Notes: a model not told the origin generated them from the letters alone. A stretch of DNA of 64,000 bases from Chiloscyllium plagiosum (GCF_004010195.1 NC_057749.1:22887886-22951885); one strand, 5' to 3'; counted from the stretch's first letter, positions 39,820 to 52,200 are shown. Numbers and translations are program-made.

Positions 39820-40011
39820 CTGCCTTTCCTCCCTTCTACGTTCTCTCACCCCCCTTAACACTCTCAAACCCTCGGCCCCACCCTCTCACCCCTGTCCCCA
39901 AACTCTCTCACCTTCCTCCCCACATTCCCAACCCCACTCCCAACCCTGCTCCCCACGCGCTCTCACCCCACTCCGCATGCTCTCACCCATCTATCCACAA
40001 TCTCTCAACTC
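39820..40011. repeat. C-rich low-complexity tract next to a gap
   Basis: Degenerate ctctcacccc repeats. Confidence 0.7.
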
Positions 40012-40715
40012 NNNNNNNNNNNNNNNNNNNNNNNNNNNNNNNNNNNNNNNNNNNNNNNNNNNNNNNNNNNNNNNNNNNNNNNNNNNNNNNNNNNNNNNNN
40101 NNNNNNNNNNNNNNNNNNNNNNNNNNNNNNNNNNNNNNNNNNNNNNNNNNNNNNNNNNNNNNNNNNNNNNNNNNNNNNNNNNNNNNNNNNNNNNNNNNNN
40201 NNNNNNNNNNNNNNNNNNNNNNNNNNNNNNNNNNNNNNNNNNNNNNNNNNNNNNNNNNNNNNNNNNNNNNNNNNNNNNNNNNNNNNNNNNNNNNNNNNNN
40301 NNNNNNNNNNNNNNNNNNNNNNNNNNNNNNNNNNNNNNNNNNNNNNNNNNNNNNNNNNNNNNNNNNNNNNNNNNNNNNNNNNNNNNNNNNNNNNNNNNNN
40401 NNNNNNNNNNNNNNNNNNNNNNNNNNNNNNNNNNNNNNNNNNNNNNNNNNNNNNNNNNNNNNNNNNNNNNNNNNNNNNNNNNNNNNNNNNNNNNNNNNNN
40501 NNNNNNNNNNNNNNNNNNNNNNNNNNNNNNNNNNNNNNNNNNNNNNNNNNNNNNNNNNNNNNNNNNNNNNNNNNNNNNNNNNNNNNNNNNNNNNNNNNNN
40601 NNNNNNNNNNNNNNNNNNNNNNNNNNNNNNNNNNNNNNNNNNNNNNNNNNNNNNNNNNNNNNNNNNNNNNNNNNNNNNNNNNNNNNNNNNNNNNNNNNNN
40701 NNNNNNNNNNNNNNN
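40012..40715. other. Assembly gap (N run)
   Basis: 704 N. Confidence 1.
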
Positions 40716-41018
40716 GATTACTTACAGTGTGGAAACAGGCCCTTCGGCCCAACAAGTCCACACCGACCTGCCAAAGCGCAACCCACCCATACCCCGACAT
40801 TTACCCCTTTACCTAACACTACGGGCAATTTAGCATGGCCAATTCACCTGACCTGCACATCTTTGAACTGTGGGAGGAAACCGGAGCACCCGGAGGAAAC
40901 CCATGCAGACACGGGGAGAATGTGCAAACTCCACACAGTCAGTCGCCTGAGTCGGGAATTGAACCCGGGTCTCAGGCGCTGTGAGGCAGCAGTGCTAACA
41001 ACTGTGCGACCGTGCCGC
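40716..41018 (-). mobile_element. Young HE1/V-SINE
   Basis: Near-consensus copy. Confidence 0.92.
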
Positions 41019-41607
41019 TCACTTCAGTTGCAGAAGAATTGTGTTGTTAAAGAACAGAGCAGCGTTTAGTTTATGCAGTAACATTTAAAATTGACGAGAT
41101 AACAAATGAGCTAATAACGCTCAATTAGTTGAGTGCTTGCTGTAGGGGGTATGTGTTATGAAAGGTGGGAGCATATGTAGATAACAGCATTAAAGCAAAT
41201 AAAGTCCTTGCTTTTGCAGTTTATATTATGTAGCACAGAAGAGTAAACAAGCAGATAATATTAACCGTAAACAGACAATATCTGGCATTCGGAGCACTGG
41301 TTACAGGTCAGACGACATCATTATTGGAAAAATAGTAAATTAATGGAACCAGTGAAATGGAAATTCACTGATGGTTTACAGAGATAATGGATTATTTCTA
41401 TGAAGAGAGATAATGCCAGTTCTGAATTTAGGAGTATGGAAAATAAGGAATTGTTGCAAAGGACTATGTTAGGACTATGAATTGTGAGAAGGTTGACAAA
41501 AAAAGTCAATTGACGTGAGTATGGAAAATGAGCTGGCAAGTAAGATTAGGAGCTCCGTAAACGTGCAAGCAAATCACAGTCCCATTCCTAAATTGTGACA
41601 CTTTAAT

Positions 41608-41948
41608 CATAGAGCCCCTACAGTGTGGAAACAGGCCATTTGGCTCATCAAGTCCACACGGACCCTCCAAAGAGCATCCCACCCCAGACTCACCTATCCC
41701 TGCAACCCTGCATTTCCCATAACTAACCCACCTAACGTACACATCCCTGGACGTTATGGACAATTTATTACCACTAATCTACCTAATGTGCACATCTTTG
41801 TCGGAGGAAATTGGAGCACACACACAGGAAGCCCATACAGGCATGGAGAGAACGTGCAAACCACACACCGTCGCCCGAAGGAGGAATCAAACCCAGGTCC
41901 CTGGTGCTGTGAGGCAGCAGTGCTAACTACTGAGCCACCGTGCTGCCC
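41608..41948 (-). mobile_element. HE1/V-SINE
   Basis: Consensus match. Confidence 0.85.
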
Positions 41949-42081
41949 AAGTGGAGGGTGGAGGGAGAGACTGAGAATGCAGTTCAGTTGTTCCTGCTCA
42001 CAAGGTCACAAAGACAATCTTTATAATTCATTAGCAGGTATAAACACTTCCTCAGACTTGTTTCCCTGAATGCCCTCACGA

Positions 42082-42168
42082 GCTACCTGACGAAGGAGCA
42101 GCGCTCTGAAAGCTTCTACTTTCAAATAAACCAGTTGGACTATAACCTGGTGTGTGTGATTTTTAACT
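42082..42168 (+). mobile_element. Penelope pLTR fragment with hammerhead core
   Basis: CTGACGA-aggagcagcgctct-GAAA at 42087; same family as 20513-21083. Confidence 0.7.
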
Positions 42169-42499
42169 CACTAGTTTACAGGAGGCACACGTGATGTCAG
42201 TGACTGAATGATAAGATGATACAATCGACTCCTTCAGCTCATATTGATTCAGTCAAATGAACCTTCAATAAATTTGCTTCTATGAAAAAAAAATTGAGAT
42301 ACCGTAGGAGTGATTTGAAACTGGATTTATGGTAAGCCTAGTGAGCTTGGAAGTGGAAAAGATTTGTACTTATGCAGTGTTGGTTGTAGTGAATGGAATG
42401 AGGTCAGCTAGGAGGACCTCATAGAATATGGGTTCCCTGATTGGGGCTGTTAACCTGGTCCAATCAGGGAGACCAAGATGACAGATAGAAACAGGAATG

Positions 42500-42826
42500 A
42501 TTAGATTAGATTAGATTAGATTACTTACAGCGTGGAAACAGGCCCTTCAGCCCAACAAGTCCACACCGACCCGCCGAAGCGCATCCCACCCATACCCCTA
42601 CATTTACCCCTGCACCTAACACGACAGGCAATTTAGCATGGCCAATTCACCTAACCTGCACATTTTTTGGACTGTGGGAGGAAACCGTAGCACCCGGAGG
42701 AAACCCACGCAGACACGGGGAGAATGTGCAAACTCCACACAGTCAGTCGCCTGAGGCAGGAATTGAACCCCGGTCTCTGGCGCTGTGAGGCAGCAGTGCT
42801 AACCACTGTGCCACCGTGCCACCCAC
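42500..42826 (-). mobile_element. Young HE1/V-SINE with a probable GAATG TSD
   Basis: (ttaga)n tail; gaatg at 42495-42499 and 42827-42831. Confidence 0.92.
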
Positions 42827-42833
42827 GAATGTC

Positions 42834-45670
42834 TGTGTCTCACACCTGCACACACACACCATGGGTGCTGGGGAAAAAATAAGCACTACCGCAGTTAGGC
42901 GGTAGTGTGGGGGTTAAGAAAAAAAAAGAAAAAGAGAAAAGAAAAAAAAAGAAACAGGAATGTCCCCTTTGTTGAGAGGGGCACTGCTTGTCATTGGTCC
43001 TCCTTTCTTCCTTGTGGTGGAATACAAATAAAGATTTATGCACTTGTTTGTTCTTCACTGTGTCCCACGCCTGCATACACACGACATGGGTGCTGGGGAA
43101 AAATAAGCACTACTGCTGTTAGGCGGTAGTGTGGGGGTAACGTAAGAGAACAAATAGGAAAAAAAAAAAGAAAAAGACATACAACCAGGAGATTTAGAGT
43201 AAATAAAACCTGGAGATTTAGAGTCTCCTCAGTTTAGGGGACTGACTCTGTGCTCTCTGGGCCAAAGTCAGTGTGTTATTGTTGGTTTCCGCTTCCCTAT
43301 TTTTTGGAGGGGGAAAACCTGATTCCTGAACTGACTGAATTATTTAGCCAGTTTGTTAACTGGTATTCCTTTAGTGAGGACTGATTGTTAAACTCCTGAT
43401 GCACACAATGTGTTTCAGGTGTGACTCAGTTTTCATTAGGGAATTGTTTCATTGGCTGGTTACAGCCTGTGTGTTACTCTTTTTTTTACTTTTTGAGAAA
43501 AGGACAAATGTTGATTTTTGTGGTAGGGCTTGGACTCTAGTTTTCTTTGCTTTTTGTATGTGTCTTCACTTTTTGATGTTTGGACTGAGCCCTTGTGGAA
43601 GACATACTTTTCAGCAGAGGAGCTGTTCCTGTGGGGAGGCCTAGCCTTGGGACTGGGCCTCTGAAGATTGAACACCTGTGTATGTATGTATGTATGTATG
43701 TATGTATGTATGTATGTGTGTGTGTGCTGGGAGGTGAGCACTTGCTGTATCCTGGAGTTTGGGAGAAGACTTTGCCTTCAGGAGTGGACCAAAACCCCTG
43801 TGAGTTAACCACCTTTAAAATGTACTGTGAGTGGCCCTGGCTCTCCAAGGATGTGCCAGGGCTCCATGGAGACTGAACACCTGTGTGCTGTGGGGTGTGC
43901 ATTTGCTGCCTTTGGGATTGGACTCTGCCCTTGGTTATGTACCCTGTTTTTAGCGATTGACTCTGCAATTGTAGTGGACTCCACTTCTGACAACGCATGT
44001 CGTAAACTGGAGTGGACTCTATATTTTCTAAAGACTCTATTTGGACTCTGTGTGCCAGAAAGCACTCTGTTTGTTTACAATTAACTCTATCATGTTTCTT
44101 GTTGGGTTATCACCTGCACTATCTTGTGTGTCCCTGGGTCTGGAGGTCTAACTGTGAGCTGGGAGGCTCATGGGTTGTCCTGAAAGTTGTCGCCCTGAGA
44201 GCCGGATAGTGGGAAGGCTGTTCTGAGTGCTGTCGTCCCAAGAAGGGGTAATCGGGATGGGCTGTCCTAGAGGTGGTCGGAAGGTGTGTCAGAGCAGCCG
44301 AGAGCCAGAAGGCGCGTAGGGGCAGGCTGAGATCTGGAAGGCGTGTGGGCTACCCTACACGCTGTCATCCCTGGGGAAGGGGACGGGCTGTCCTAGAGGT
44401 GGTTGGAAGGTGTATCAGGGTAGCCCACTGGCCGGACGGCGCATTGGGGTGGGTGAGAGCCCAATGGTACATAGGGGCAGATGGAGAGCCAGAAGGCGGG
44501 TAGCCGTCCTCAGCGCTGTCACCCCGGGCAGATACTGGGGTGAGCTGCCCCAGAGGTGGTCGAAAGGTGCTGAGGGTGGTTAGTGAAGCCGGAAGGTGGG
44601 TAGGCCGTCCTGACCGCTGTCACCCCGGGCGGATACCGGGGCGGGCTGTCCTAGAGGTGATCGAAAGGTGTGTCAGGACGGACCGAGAACTGGAAGGGGC
44701 ATGGGGTGGACCGAGAGCTGGAAGGTGTGTAGGGGCGGGCTGCCTTAGAGTGACCGGAAGGTGGGAGGGACGGGGGCTTGCTGGGCCTGTATTGTATGCA
44801 CTTTTTTTTTTGTGTAACTGGATTGCCTTATGTACAAATGCCATTGTTGTTGTCTTGTAATGTTTGAAACTGGGATTTGAGGTTTGTCCTTATTTCCCTG
44901 TAAACTGGTTGAACGGTCGGGTTTGGGGTCTGGCTTTGGTGCTCTTCTCCCTTGTAAAATTGCTGTTTCTTCGTGTACAGCTGTAAATGTTAACTTTTTT
45001 GTAAACTATTATGTAAACTGTTCTTGTAATTGTTTAATAAAACATAATATAACCAGGAAAAAAACCCAGGAATGTCCCCTTTGTCGAGAGGGGCACAGCT
45101 TAACATTGGCCACTCTGGTGTTTCCTTTCTTCCTCGTGGTGGAATATAAATAAAGATTTATACACTTGTTTGTTCTTCAGTGTGTCCCACGCCTGCACAC
45201 ACACGACATGGGTGCTGGGGAAAAATAAGCACTACCACTGTTAGGTGGTAGTGTGCGGGTAACGTAAGAGAAAAATAGGAAAAAAAGAAAAGAAAAATAC
45301 ATACAACCAGGAGATATAGAGTTTAAAAAAAAAACAGGAGATTTAGAGTCTTCTCAGTTTAGGGGACTGACTCTGTGCTGGCTGGTGCTACAGTCAGTGT
45401 GTTACTGATACTGTTGGTTTCTGCTTTTTGGTTAAAAAAAGAAACAAAGAGAAAGAATATAAACAGGAGTGTCCCCTTTGATGTGAAGGGCACTACTTGT
45501 GACTGGCCACTCTGGTGTTTCCTTTCTTCCTGGTGGTGGAACATGAGTAACAATTTATTCAGTTGTTTGTTCTTCACTATGTCCCACACCTACACACACA
45601 CACGACATGGGTACTGGGGAAAAATAAGCACTACCACTCTTAGGCGGAAGTGTGGGGAAAATGAAAACCA
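42834..45670 (+). repeat. Array of four A-tailed hairpin units (42834, 42965, 45077, 45474), two B blocks (43180-43292, 45300-45428) and a 1.8-kb non-coding insert
   Basis: Direct visual alignment; each unit follows AAACAGGA(A/G)TGTC or a variant of it. Confidence 0.85.
43677..43725. repeat. (TATG)n/(TG)n microsatellite
   Basis: tgtatgtatgtatg..tgtgtgtg. Confidence 0.9.
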
Positions 45671-46427
45671 ACCCAGCAATGTCAGAGGTTCTGTTCACTC
45701 TAAGACTAGCCAGGAGCTAGCTGGGTTAGTGTCATGTACTCTGCACGTGTAAATAAAGGCTGACTTAGGGATGGGATACAGGCCTCTCTGCAGTTATTTC
45801 ACTTGTCATGTCCAATGGGGACATCACAATGCACTTTAAACCAAATGAAGAATGTACAAAGAGCAGTCATTGCTGTAGGTTTGAGACCGAAGTAAGCTTC
45901 CACAAACAGCAAAGTAACATTTACCGGACCATTTGTTTCCTTGTCATGTTGAGAAAAACACTACAATGCTTCTTCACGTGGGATATTTTATGTCCATCTG
46001 AGGAACCTAATTAACTCTGCTGTGAAAACACACCCCTGGACTGCAAACACTGGTATTTGCCATCAATTTCTTGAGAGGGACTTGGATTCAGAACCTTATG
46101 AATTAGAGTTAGGAGCCCAACGAAGGTGGTACATTAATGACCTACAAACATTCCGCCATGTGGATTTTGTTCCGTCCCTGTCTTGATCTGTGAAAACCAA
46201 TTGTCATAGAATCATACAGCACAGGTCAATAGGGATTCCTTAATATCCATGAGGGTTCTTTTCCCGAGAATCCTCGCAAATGATGGAAGGTCCGGGCGCA
46301 GAGCTCATTTAAGTTAAAAATAGGTTAAAATCACGGATACACAAAGCTTTGCTTGGCGTGGATTGTCTAATTCATGATTTTGCAGATACCAAGGATTTAT
46401 TGTAGTGCTAATTTATTTTAACTCAAG

Positions 46428-46750
46428 AGTGGCACGGTGGCTCAGTGTTTAGCACTGCTGCCTCATGGGACCTGGGTTCAATTCCACCCTTGGACGACTG
46501 TCTGTTTGGAGTTTGCACATTCTCCCTGTGCCTGCATGGGTTTCCTCTGGGTGCTCTGGTTCCCTCCCACAGTCCAAAGATGTTCAGGCTAGTGTGGATT
46601 GGCCATGGGAATAATCCATAATGTCCAGAGATGTACAGTCTAAGTGGATTGGCCATAGGTAATGCAGGGTTACAGGTCGGGGGGGTGTCAGGGTGGGCTG
46701 TCCTTTGGACTCAATGGGCTGAATGACCTGCTTCAACCCTGTAGGGATTC
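46428..46750 (+). mobile_element. HE1/V-SINE
   Basis: Consensus match. Confidence 0.85.
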
Positions 46751-47082
46751 TTAATCCTAATTCAGTTTGGATCTCATTGCCTGCACCAATACCTTGTAAA
46801 AGCTTTCTAATTAATCCCACTCTGTATATTCTCTGAAAATATTTATGTTTCAATTGCCCTTAAAATGACCATTGCATTTGCTTTCCCAGTCATTCAGGCA
46901 GTGCATATCACAATCATTAACTACATAGAAATAACGGATAGCAATTGATTAGTCATCTATCTATCTATAAACTGGATGGTCAAAGGTGAACCAGGTGTGT
47001 CCAGGCCTTTTTGTAATCCCGATGTTCATGTTATTTATGATGATTCAGAAGCAGTGCCTGACAATAACAAAAGATAATCATC

Positions 47083-47418
47083 TTAGAATCCCTACAGTGT
47101 AGAAGCAGGCCATTTGGCCCATCGAGATTACACTGACCCTCTGAAGAGCATCTCACCCAGACTCATTCCCTCTACCTTATAACTCCTGCATTTCCCATGG
47201 GTAATCCACCTAACCTATATATCTCTGGACAACTTAGCATGGCCAAACCACCTAACCTGCACATTTTTGGACTGTGGGAGGAAACCAGAGCACCTGCGGG
47301 AAACCCACACAGGCATGGAGAGAATGTGCAAACTCCACACAGACAGTCGCCCCAGGGTGGAATCAAACCCAAGTCCCTGGTGCTGTGAGGTAGCAATGCT
47401 AACCAGTGAGCCACTGGC
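47083..47418 (-). mobile_element. HE1/V-SINE
   Basis: Consensus match. Confidence 0.85.
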
Positions 47419-47599
47419 CATGGAACTTTGTATCAAAGTAAGGCTACTTACTCTTGTCGATGACAGTGGCGGGGTAGGCTTGATTCAGGGACCCCAGAAA
47501 GATGAGGCACTGGGACCCGTGATTTCAGCCTTTGGTCGCGGGATGTATGACACAACAAGATATAGAGTAATAAAAGAGTAACAAAGCCAAAGAAACTAT

Positions 47600-48475
47600 A
47601 ATCAAGTTTGCGGGTGACACAAAGATAGCTGGTAAATGGAGTAGTGAGGTTGACACAGAAAGTCTATAGAGGGATATAGATGGTTCAGTGAGTGAGCAAG
47701 ATGGATTATAATATGGGGAAATGTGAGGTTATGCACTCTGGCAGGAAGAATAGAATGGAACTTTATTTGAATGGAGAAAGACTGCAGAAAGCAACAGAGC
47801 AGAAGGATATGGGAGTCAAAAGCTAAGTTCAGCAAGTAAAAGGGAAGGCAAATGGAAGGTTCACCTTCATTTCAAAAGGAAATGGAATATCAACATAGGG
47901 AGTTGAGAGTGTGTTGCTGGAAATTAACAGCTGGTCGGGCAGCATCTGAGGAGCAGGAAAATCAATATTTTGGGCTGTAACCCTTCATCAGTAAGGTTTG
48001 TTAAAATTATACTGGGCACTAATCCGGTCACAGCTGGAGTACCATGGAAAGAACATGACAGAGGAGATGATAAAAGTTGTTTCCCCTGTGGTAGAGTTTG
48101 GGACCAGAGGACAATCTCAGAATAATATGTTGCATATTTTGAGTGTAGAGTAGGATAACAGGTTGGCACAAACATGGAGGGCCGAAGGGTCTGTATTGTT
48201 CTATGTTCTACATTTTAGACAGAGATGAGGAGGAAGTTCTTCTCTCTGAGGATAGTAGATCTTTGAAATTCTTTTTCCCGGAGGACTGTTGACGCTGAGT
48301 GATTACGTGATTCAAAGCTGAGAGATTTTTAATTTGTAAAGGAATGAGGAAAAATTACAAGGAAAAGAGAGGAGAGTGAGTTGAGGATTGTCAGATCAGT
48401 TGTGATCTTATTGAATGGCAGAGCAGACTCGATGGGCTGAATGGCCTACTTCTATCCCTGTGTCTTATGGTCTTA
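47600..48475 (+). mobile_element. Decayed CR1 with a pLTR insert (47900-47992)
   Basis: aagtttgcgggtgacacaaagatag (KFAxDTK), gggaaatgtgaggttatgcac, CR1 3' UTR. Confidence 0.7.
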
Positions 48476-49016
48476 AAGAAACTAAAACACAATCCACAAT
48501 GATAGGCAAATGGGATAACTGTGATGTAAACCTCAAAAGCCTGTGAATAAAACTGCATTTTATGACAATGTGCCTTGGAACATATGGCCTTGATCTTTCT
48601 CATGGATTTGCCTGAGCTGGTGAGTGCGATCAGATCTCAGTTCAGAGTAAAAGAGATCCAAAACAGAAACAATGCGAGCGCTGCTGAAATCAATATTCCA
48701 CTCATGCTTGAAGGCTCCTGCCAGGAAAAACAGGAAAATTCAGCTTTATCAGCGGCAGACACAACTGGGTCAAAGGTTACATGTTTACTATCAGGTCCAA
48801 GCTTCATCTGACAAATACAATTTGCACAGAGATGCTCAGCACAAATTCCACTCAGAGTAAGACTATAGAAAAACATGCCAAAGCACATCAGATTCTTTTC
48901 ATTAGTTTGTGTCGCCGTCAATAACATATTCATTGACCATCCCTGGTTACTTAGCGAAGATTATGTTGGAGAACCACCTCCCAGAGTAATCCTTCTTTGC
49001 TTACACTGAGCAGTTT

Positions 49017-49272
49017 AGTAGATTAGATTCCTTACAGTGTGCAAACAAGCCCTTCGGCCCAACAAGTCCACACCGACCCTCTGAAGAGTAATCACCAGGA
49101 CCCATTTCCCTCTGACTAATGCACCTAACACTATGGGCAATTTAGGGAAGCCAATTCACCTGACCTGCACATCGTTTGGAGTGTGGGAGGAAACCGGAGC
49201 ACCCGGAGGAAACCCACACAGACACAGGGAGAATGTGCAAACTCCACACCGCCAGTTGCCCAAGGCTGGAAT
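49017..49272 (-). mobile_element. HE1/V-SINE (5'-truncated)
   Basis: Consensus match. Confidence 0.85.
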
Positions 49273-49669
49273 ATGAGAAAGCGCTAAAAGTCCTTTTCCA
49301 TTGTGTGGGGCTGCCGCGAGACTCGTTGAAGGGACAGACTCCATTTCTGAGCAGCATCATCAAATTTAATAAGTTCCAATGAAAATTTGCCATATTTCAC
49401 ACTGAATGTTTGTGATGAAAGCTCATACATGAATTCGATAGTTCAATGGAGGACAGTCCTCAAGAAACCTACTGGGGAAGTCCAAAGGATTCTCTTTAGC
49501 CAGAGGAGGTGGAGATTTGCAACTCATTATCACAGAGCATAATTACAGCAAATGGTACAAATGCATTTAAAGGACTAGACAAGCATTGAAAGGAGGAAAG
49601 ACATGGTATGATGGTAGATTTAAATTAGGAAAGCTAGGAAGAACATAAAATGGAACATAAAGATGGGTG

Positions 49670-50015
49670 ATGATGGCCTAGTGGTATTATCGCGGGACTG
49701 TTAATCCAGAGATCCAGGTAATGTTCTGGGGACCTGGATTTGAATCCTGCCAAGCAGATAGTGGAATGTGAATTCAATAAAGAATCTGGAATTTGGAGTC
49801 TACTGAAAACAATACCGATTGTTGGAAAAGCCAATCTGATTTATTAATATTCTTCAGGGAAGGAAGCTGCCATCCTTATCTGGTCTGGCCTCCATGCGAC
49901 TCCAGACCCACAGCAATACTGTTGACTCTTAATTGCCCCTTGGGTAATGAGGGAAGGGCAATAAATGCTGGTCTAGCCAGCGATGCCCACATCCCATGAA
50001 TGAATAAAAAAAAAA
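49670..50015 (+). mobile_element. SacSINE1/DeuSINE-like tRNA SINE
   Basis: tggcctagtggt A box, gatttgaatcc B box, central domain, tail gggcaataaatgctgg..gcccacatcccatgaatgaat + poly(A). Confidence 0.8.
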
Positions 50016-50559
50016 CGGATATGATGTAATGTTAAAGCTGGACTAACAATGTGAGAGGGTTAAGGTTAGGACCAATGCAGAACTTTGGGAATACATTTGA
50101 ATCCCACATAAAAAGCAACTTATAGAATTTAAATTCAAATTCATTAATAAAAAAATCTGGAATGCTAACCATGAAATTATCATTGACAGTTGCAATAAAA
50201 GACTTGGTCCAGTCCCATCTATATCTGATCTGGCCTGCAGAACCATTAGAATGTGGTTGATTGTTAACTGCTCCCAACAGCATTGACATCAACACTCAGA
50301 TCTCTTGAACAAATAAATAAATAAACACTGGCATGGACTGCTCTGGCTGACTGTTCTGTTAGGCTATATTTCGTGTGTAATTTCTTAATTTGTGATTTGA
50401 ACTCTTGATCTCTAGATTCTCTGGCCCTCTAACTGCAACTGCTGCCTTGCCTGTAATGTATCCTTTTACATTTGAGAGTTCCAATCTTCAATTTGTAATC
50501 ACATACCTCAGGCTTAATGAAAAAACAAGAAAAACACCAGATGTATTTTGTAAATAAGA

Positions 50560-51470
50560 ACATCAGAATCAAGAGCGGGTTACTTTTGCCCCTCAACCCT
50601 GCTCCACCATTTCATATGGTCGTGATTGATCTAATCTCGGCCTGCACTCCAATTTCCTGCCCATCCTTCCCTTACCTTACAAATTAAAAATCTGTCTCTC
50701 TCCTCCTTAAATTTACCCAGTGTTGTGTAATTTTGAGAGAAATAATTTCTCCTCATCTTAGTTTTAGATTTCATCCCTTAGTGGAAACCTATGACCTCTT
50801 GTTCTAGATTTTTCCACATGAGGAAACATCCTCTTTATGTCTACTTAGTCAACCCCCTTTAGCATCTACCTCAGTTAGACAGAGTCGTACAGCACAGAAA
50901 CAAACCCTTTAGTCCAACAATTTCACAATGACCACCTCATCAAACTAAACCAGTCCCACCTGCCTGTGCTTGGTCCATATTCCTCCAACCTTCCCTATTC
51001 ATGAACTTACCCAAATGTCTTTTAAAAGTTGCAACTGTATCTGCATTCATCACTTTTTCTGACAGTTCATTCCACACACGAACCACTCTCTGTGTAAAAA
51101 TGTTGCCCCTCGTGCCTTTATTAAATCTTTCCCCTCCCACCTTAAAAATATGCTCTCCAGTTTTCAACTGCCCCACCCTAGGGAAGAGACCTTTGTCATT
51201 CGCTCTGTCTATACCCCCCATGATTTTATAAACCTCTATAAGATCACCCCTCACCCTCCTATGCTCTGGTGAAAAAAGTCCCAAGTCTTTCCAGCCTATT
51301 TTCATATCTCAAACCCTCCATTCCTGGCAACATCCTGGTAAATCTTTTCTGAACCCTCTCCAGGTTGATAACGTCCTTCCTATAACCGAGCGACCAGAAC
51401 TGGACACAGTATTCCAGAGGAAGCCTCACCAATGTCCTGTACAACCTCAACATGACATCCCAACTCCTAT
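50560..51470 (-). mobile_element. Two CR1 3' portions (older 50560-50880, younger 50880-51470)
   Basis: LYRTLVRLPLEYCVQFWS; RGDLIEVYKIMGG. Confidence 0.88.
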
Positions 51471-51734
51471 TCTCATCCTGTTCAGCTCTAGCGAGTCCAG
51501 GCCTGAACTGCTCAATTTCCTCTTCATCAAAGTTTTCTACACTTTCACTGAGGGACTTTATGCCACCTCTGTTTCCTCAAATTACTAATATTTGTTGATT
51601 GGTGCTATCTTTTCTGTCTAGTGAATAGTCTTTATTGGGTTGTGTTTTTCAGCTTGTTAATTGGAGAGGTTGTTTTACTGCCTTTTGATTGCTAGGTTGT
51701 CCTGTTTTGTGTTGGAGTGGACTGTCCCCTCTCT

Positions 51735-52200
51735 GGGAGAAAGTGAGGACTGCAGATGCTGGAGGTCAGAGTCGAGAGTGTGGTGCTGGAAAAGCTCAGG
51801 CAGCATCTGAGGAGCAGGAGGGTCCACGTTTCGGGCGTAAGCTCCTGATGAAGATCTTATGCTTGAAACGTCTGGTTTAGTGAGAGCAATTGCGACAAAG
51901 GTGGGAAGAAGATTAAGAAGAAGCGAAGAATCACCCTTTTGTGAGGGGATGCCAGCCTCTGACATGTTCCTTCACTTACCACTGGCATCCTTCTGCCAGA
52001 CTGCCTGTGTGTGAAGGGCCACATTGCACCTTATCAATCTGAGCTGGCATTCTGAGATGTCACTCACCCTGTGTTTACTTGAAGAAGGGTTATACCCGAA
52101 ATGTCGACCTCTCCACCTCCTGCTGCTGCCTGGCTTGCTGTGTTCTTCCAGCCTCCTGCCTGTCTACTTTGGATTCAAGCATGTACAGTTTTTTTTTTTT
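51735..52200. mobile_element. Penelope pLTR fragments (51735-51875, 52078-52200)
   Basis: gagaaagtgaggactgcagatgctgg; CTGATGA..GAAACGTC at 51845; gaagaagggttatacccgaaa. Confidence 0.65.

Larger units (their letters stand above)
42385..45801 (+). mobile_element. Solo LTR (42385-42499 + 45684-45801) split by about 3.2 kb of stacked insertions
   Basis: TG start tgtagtgaat, ccctgattgg/ccaatcaggg dyad, target aaacaggaatg; resumes agaggttctgttcactc..AATAAA..ttatttCA. Confidence 0.7.

Noticed and set aside
39794..40816. Long ORFs across N runs (also 22122-22725)
   Set aside because: Artefacts of translating assembly gaps.
43537..44084. Coding ORFs inside the 1.8-kb insert
   Set aside because: No RT, endonuclease, gag or recombinase motifs; the frames run through a microsatellite.
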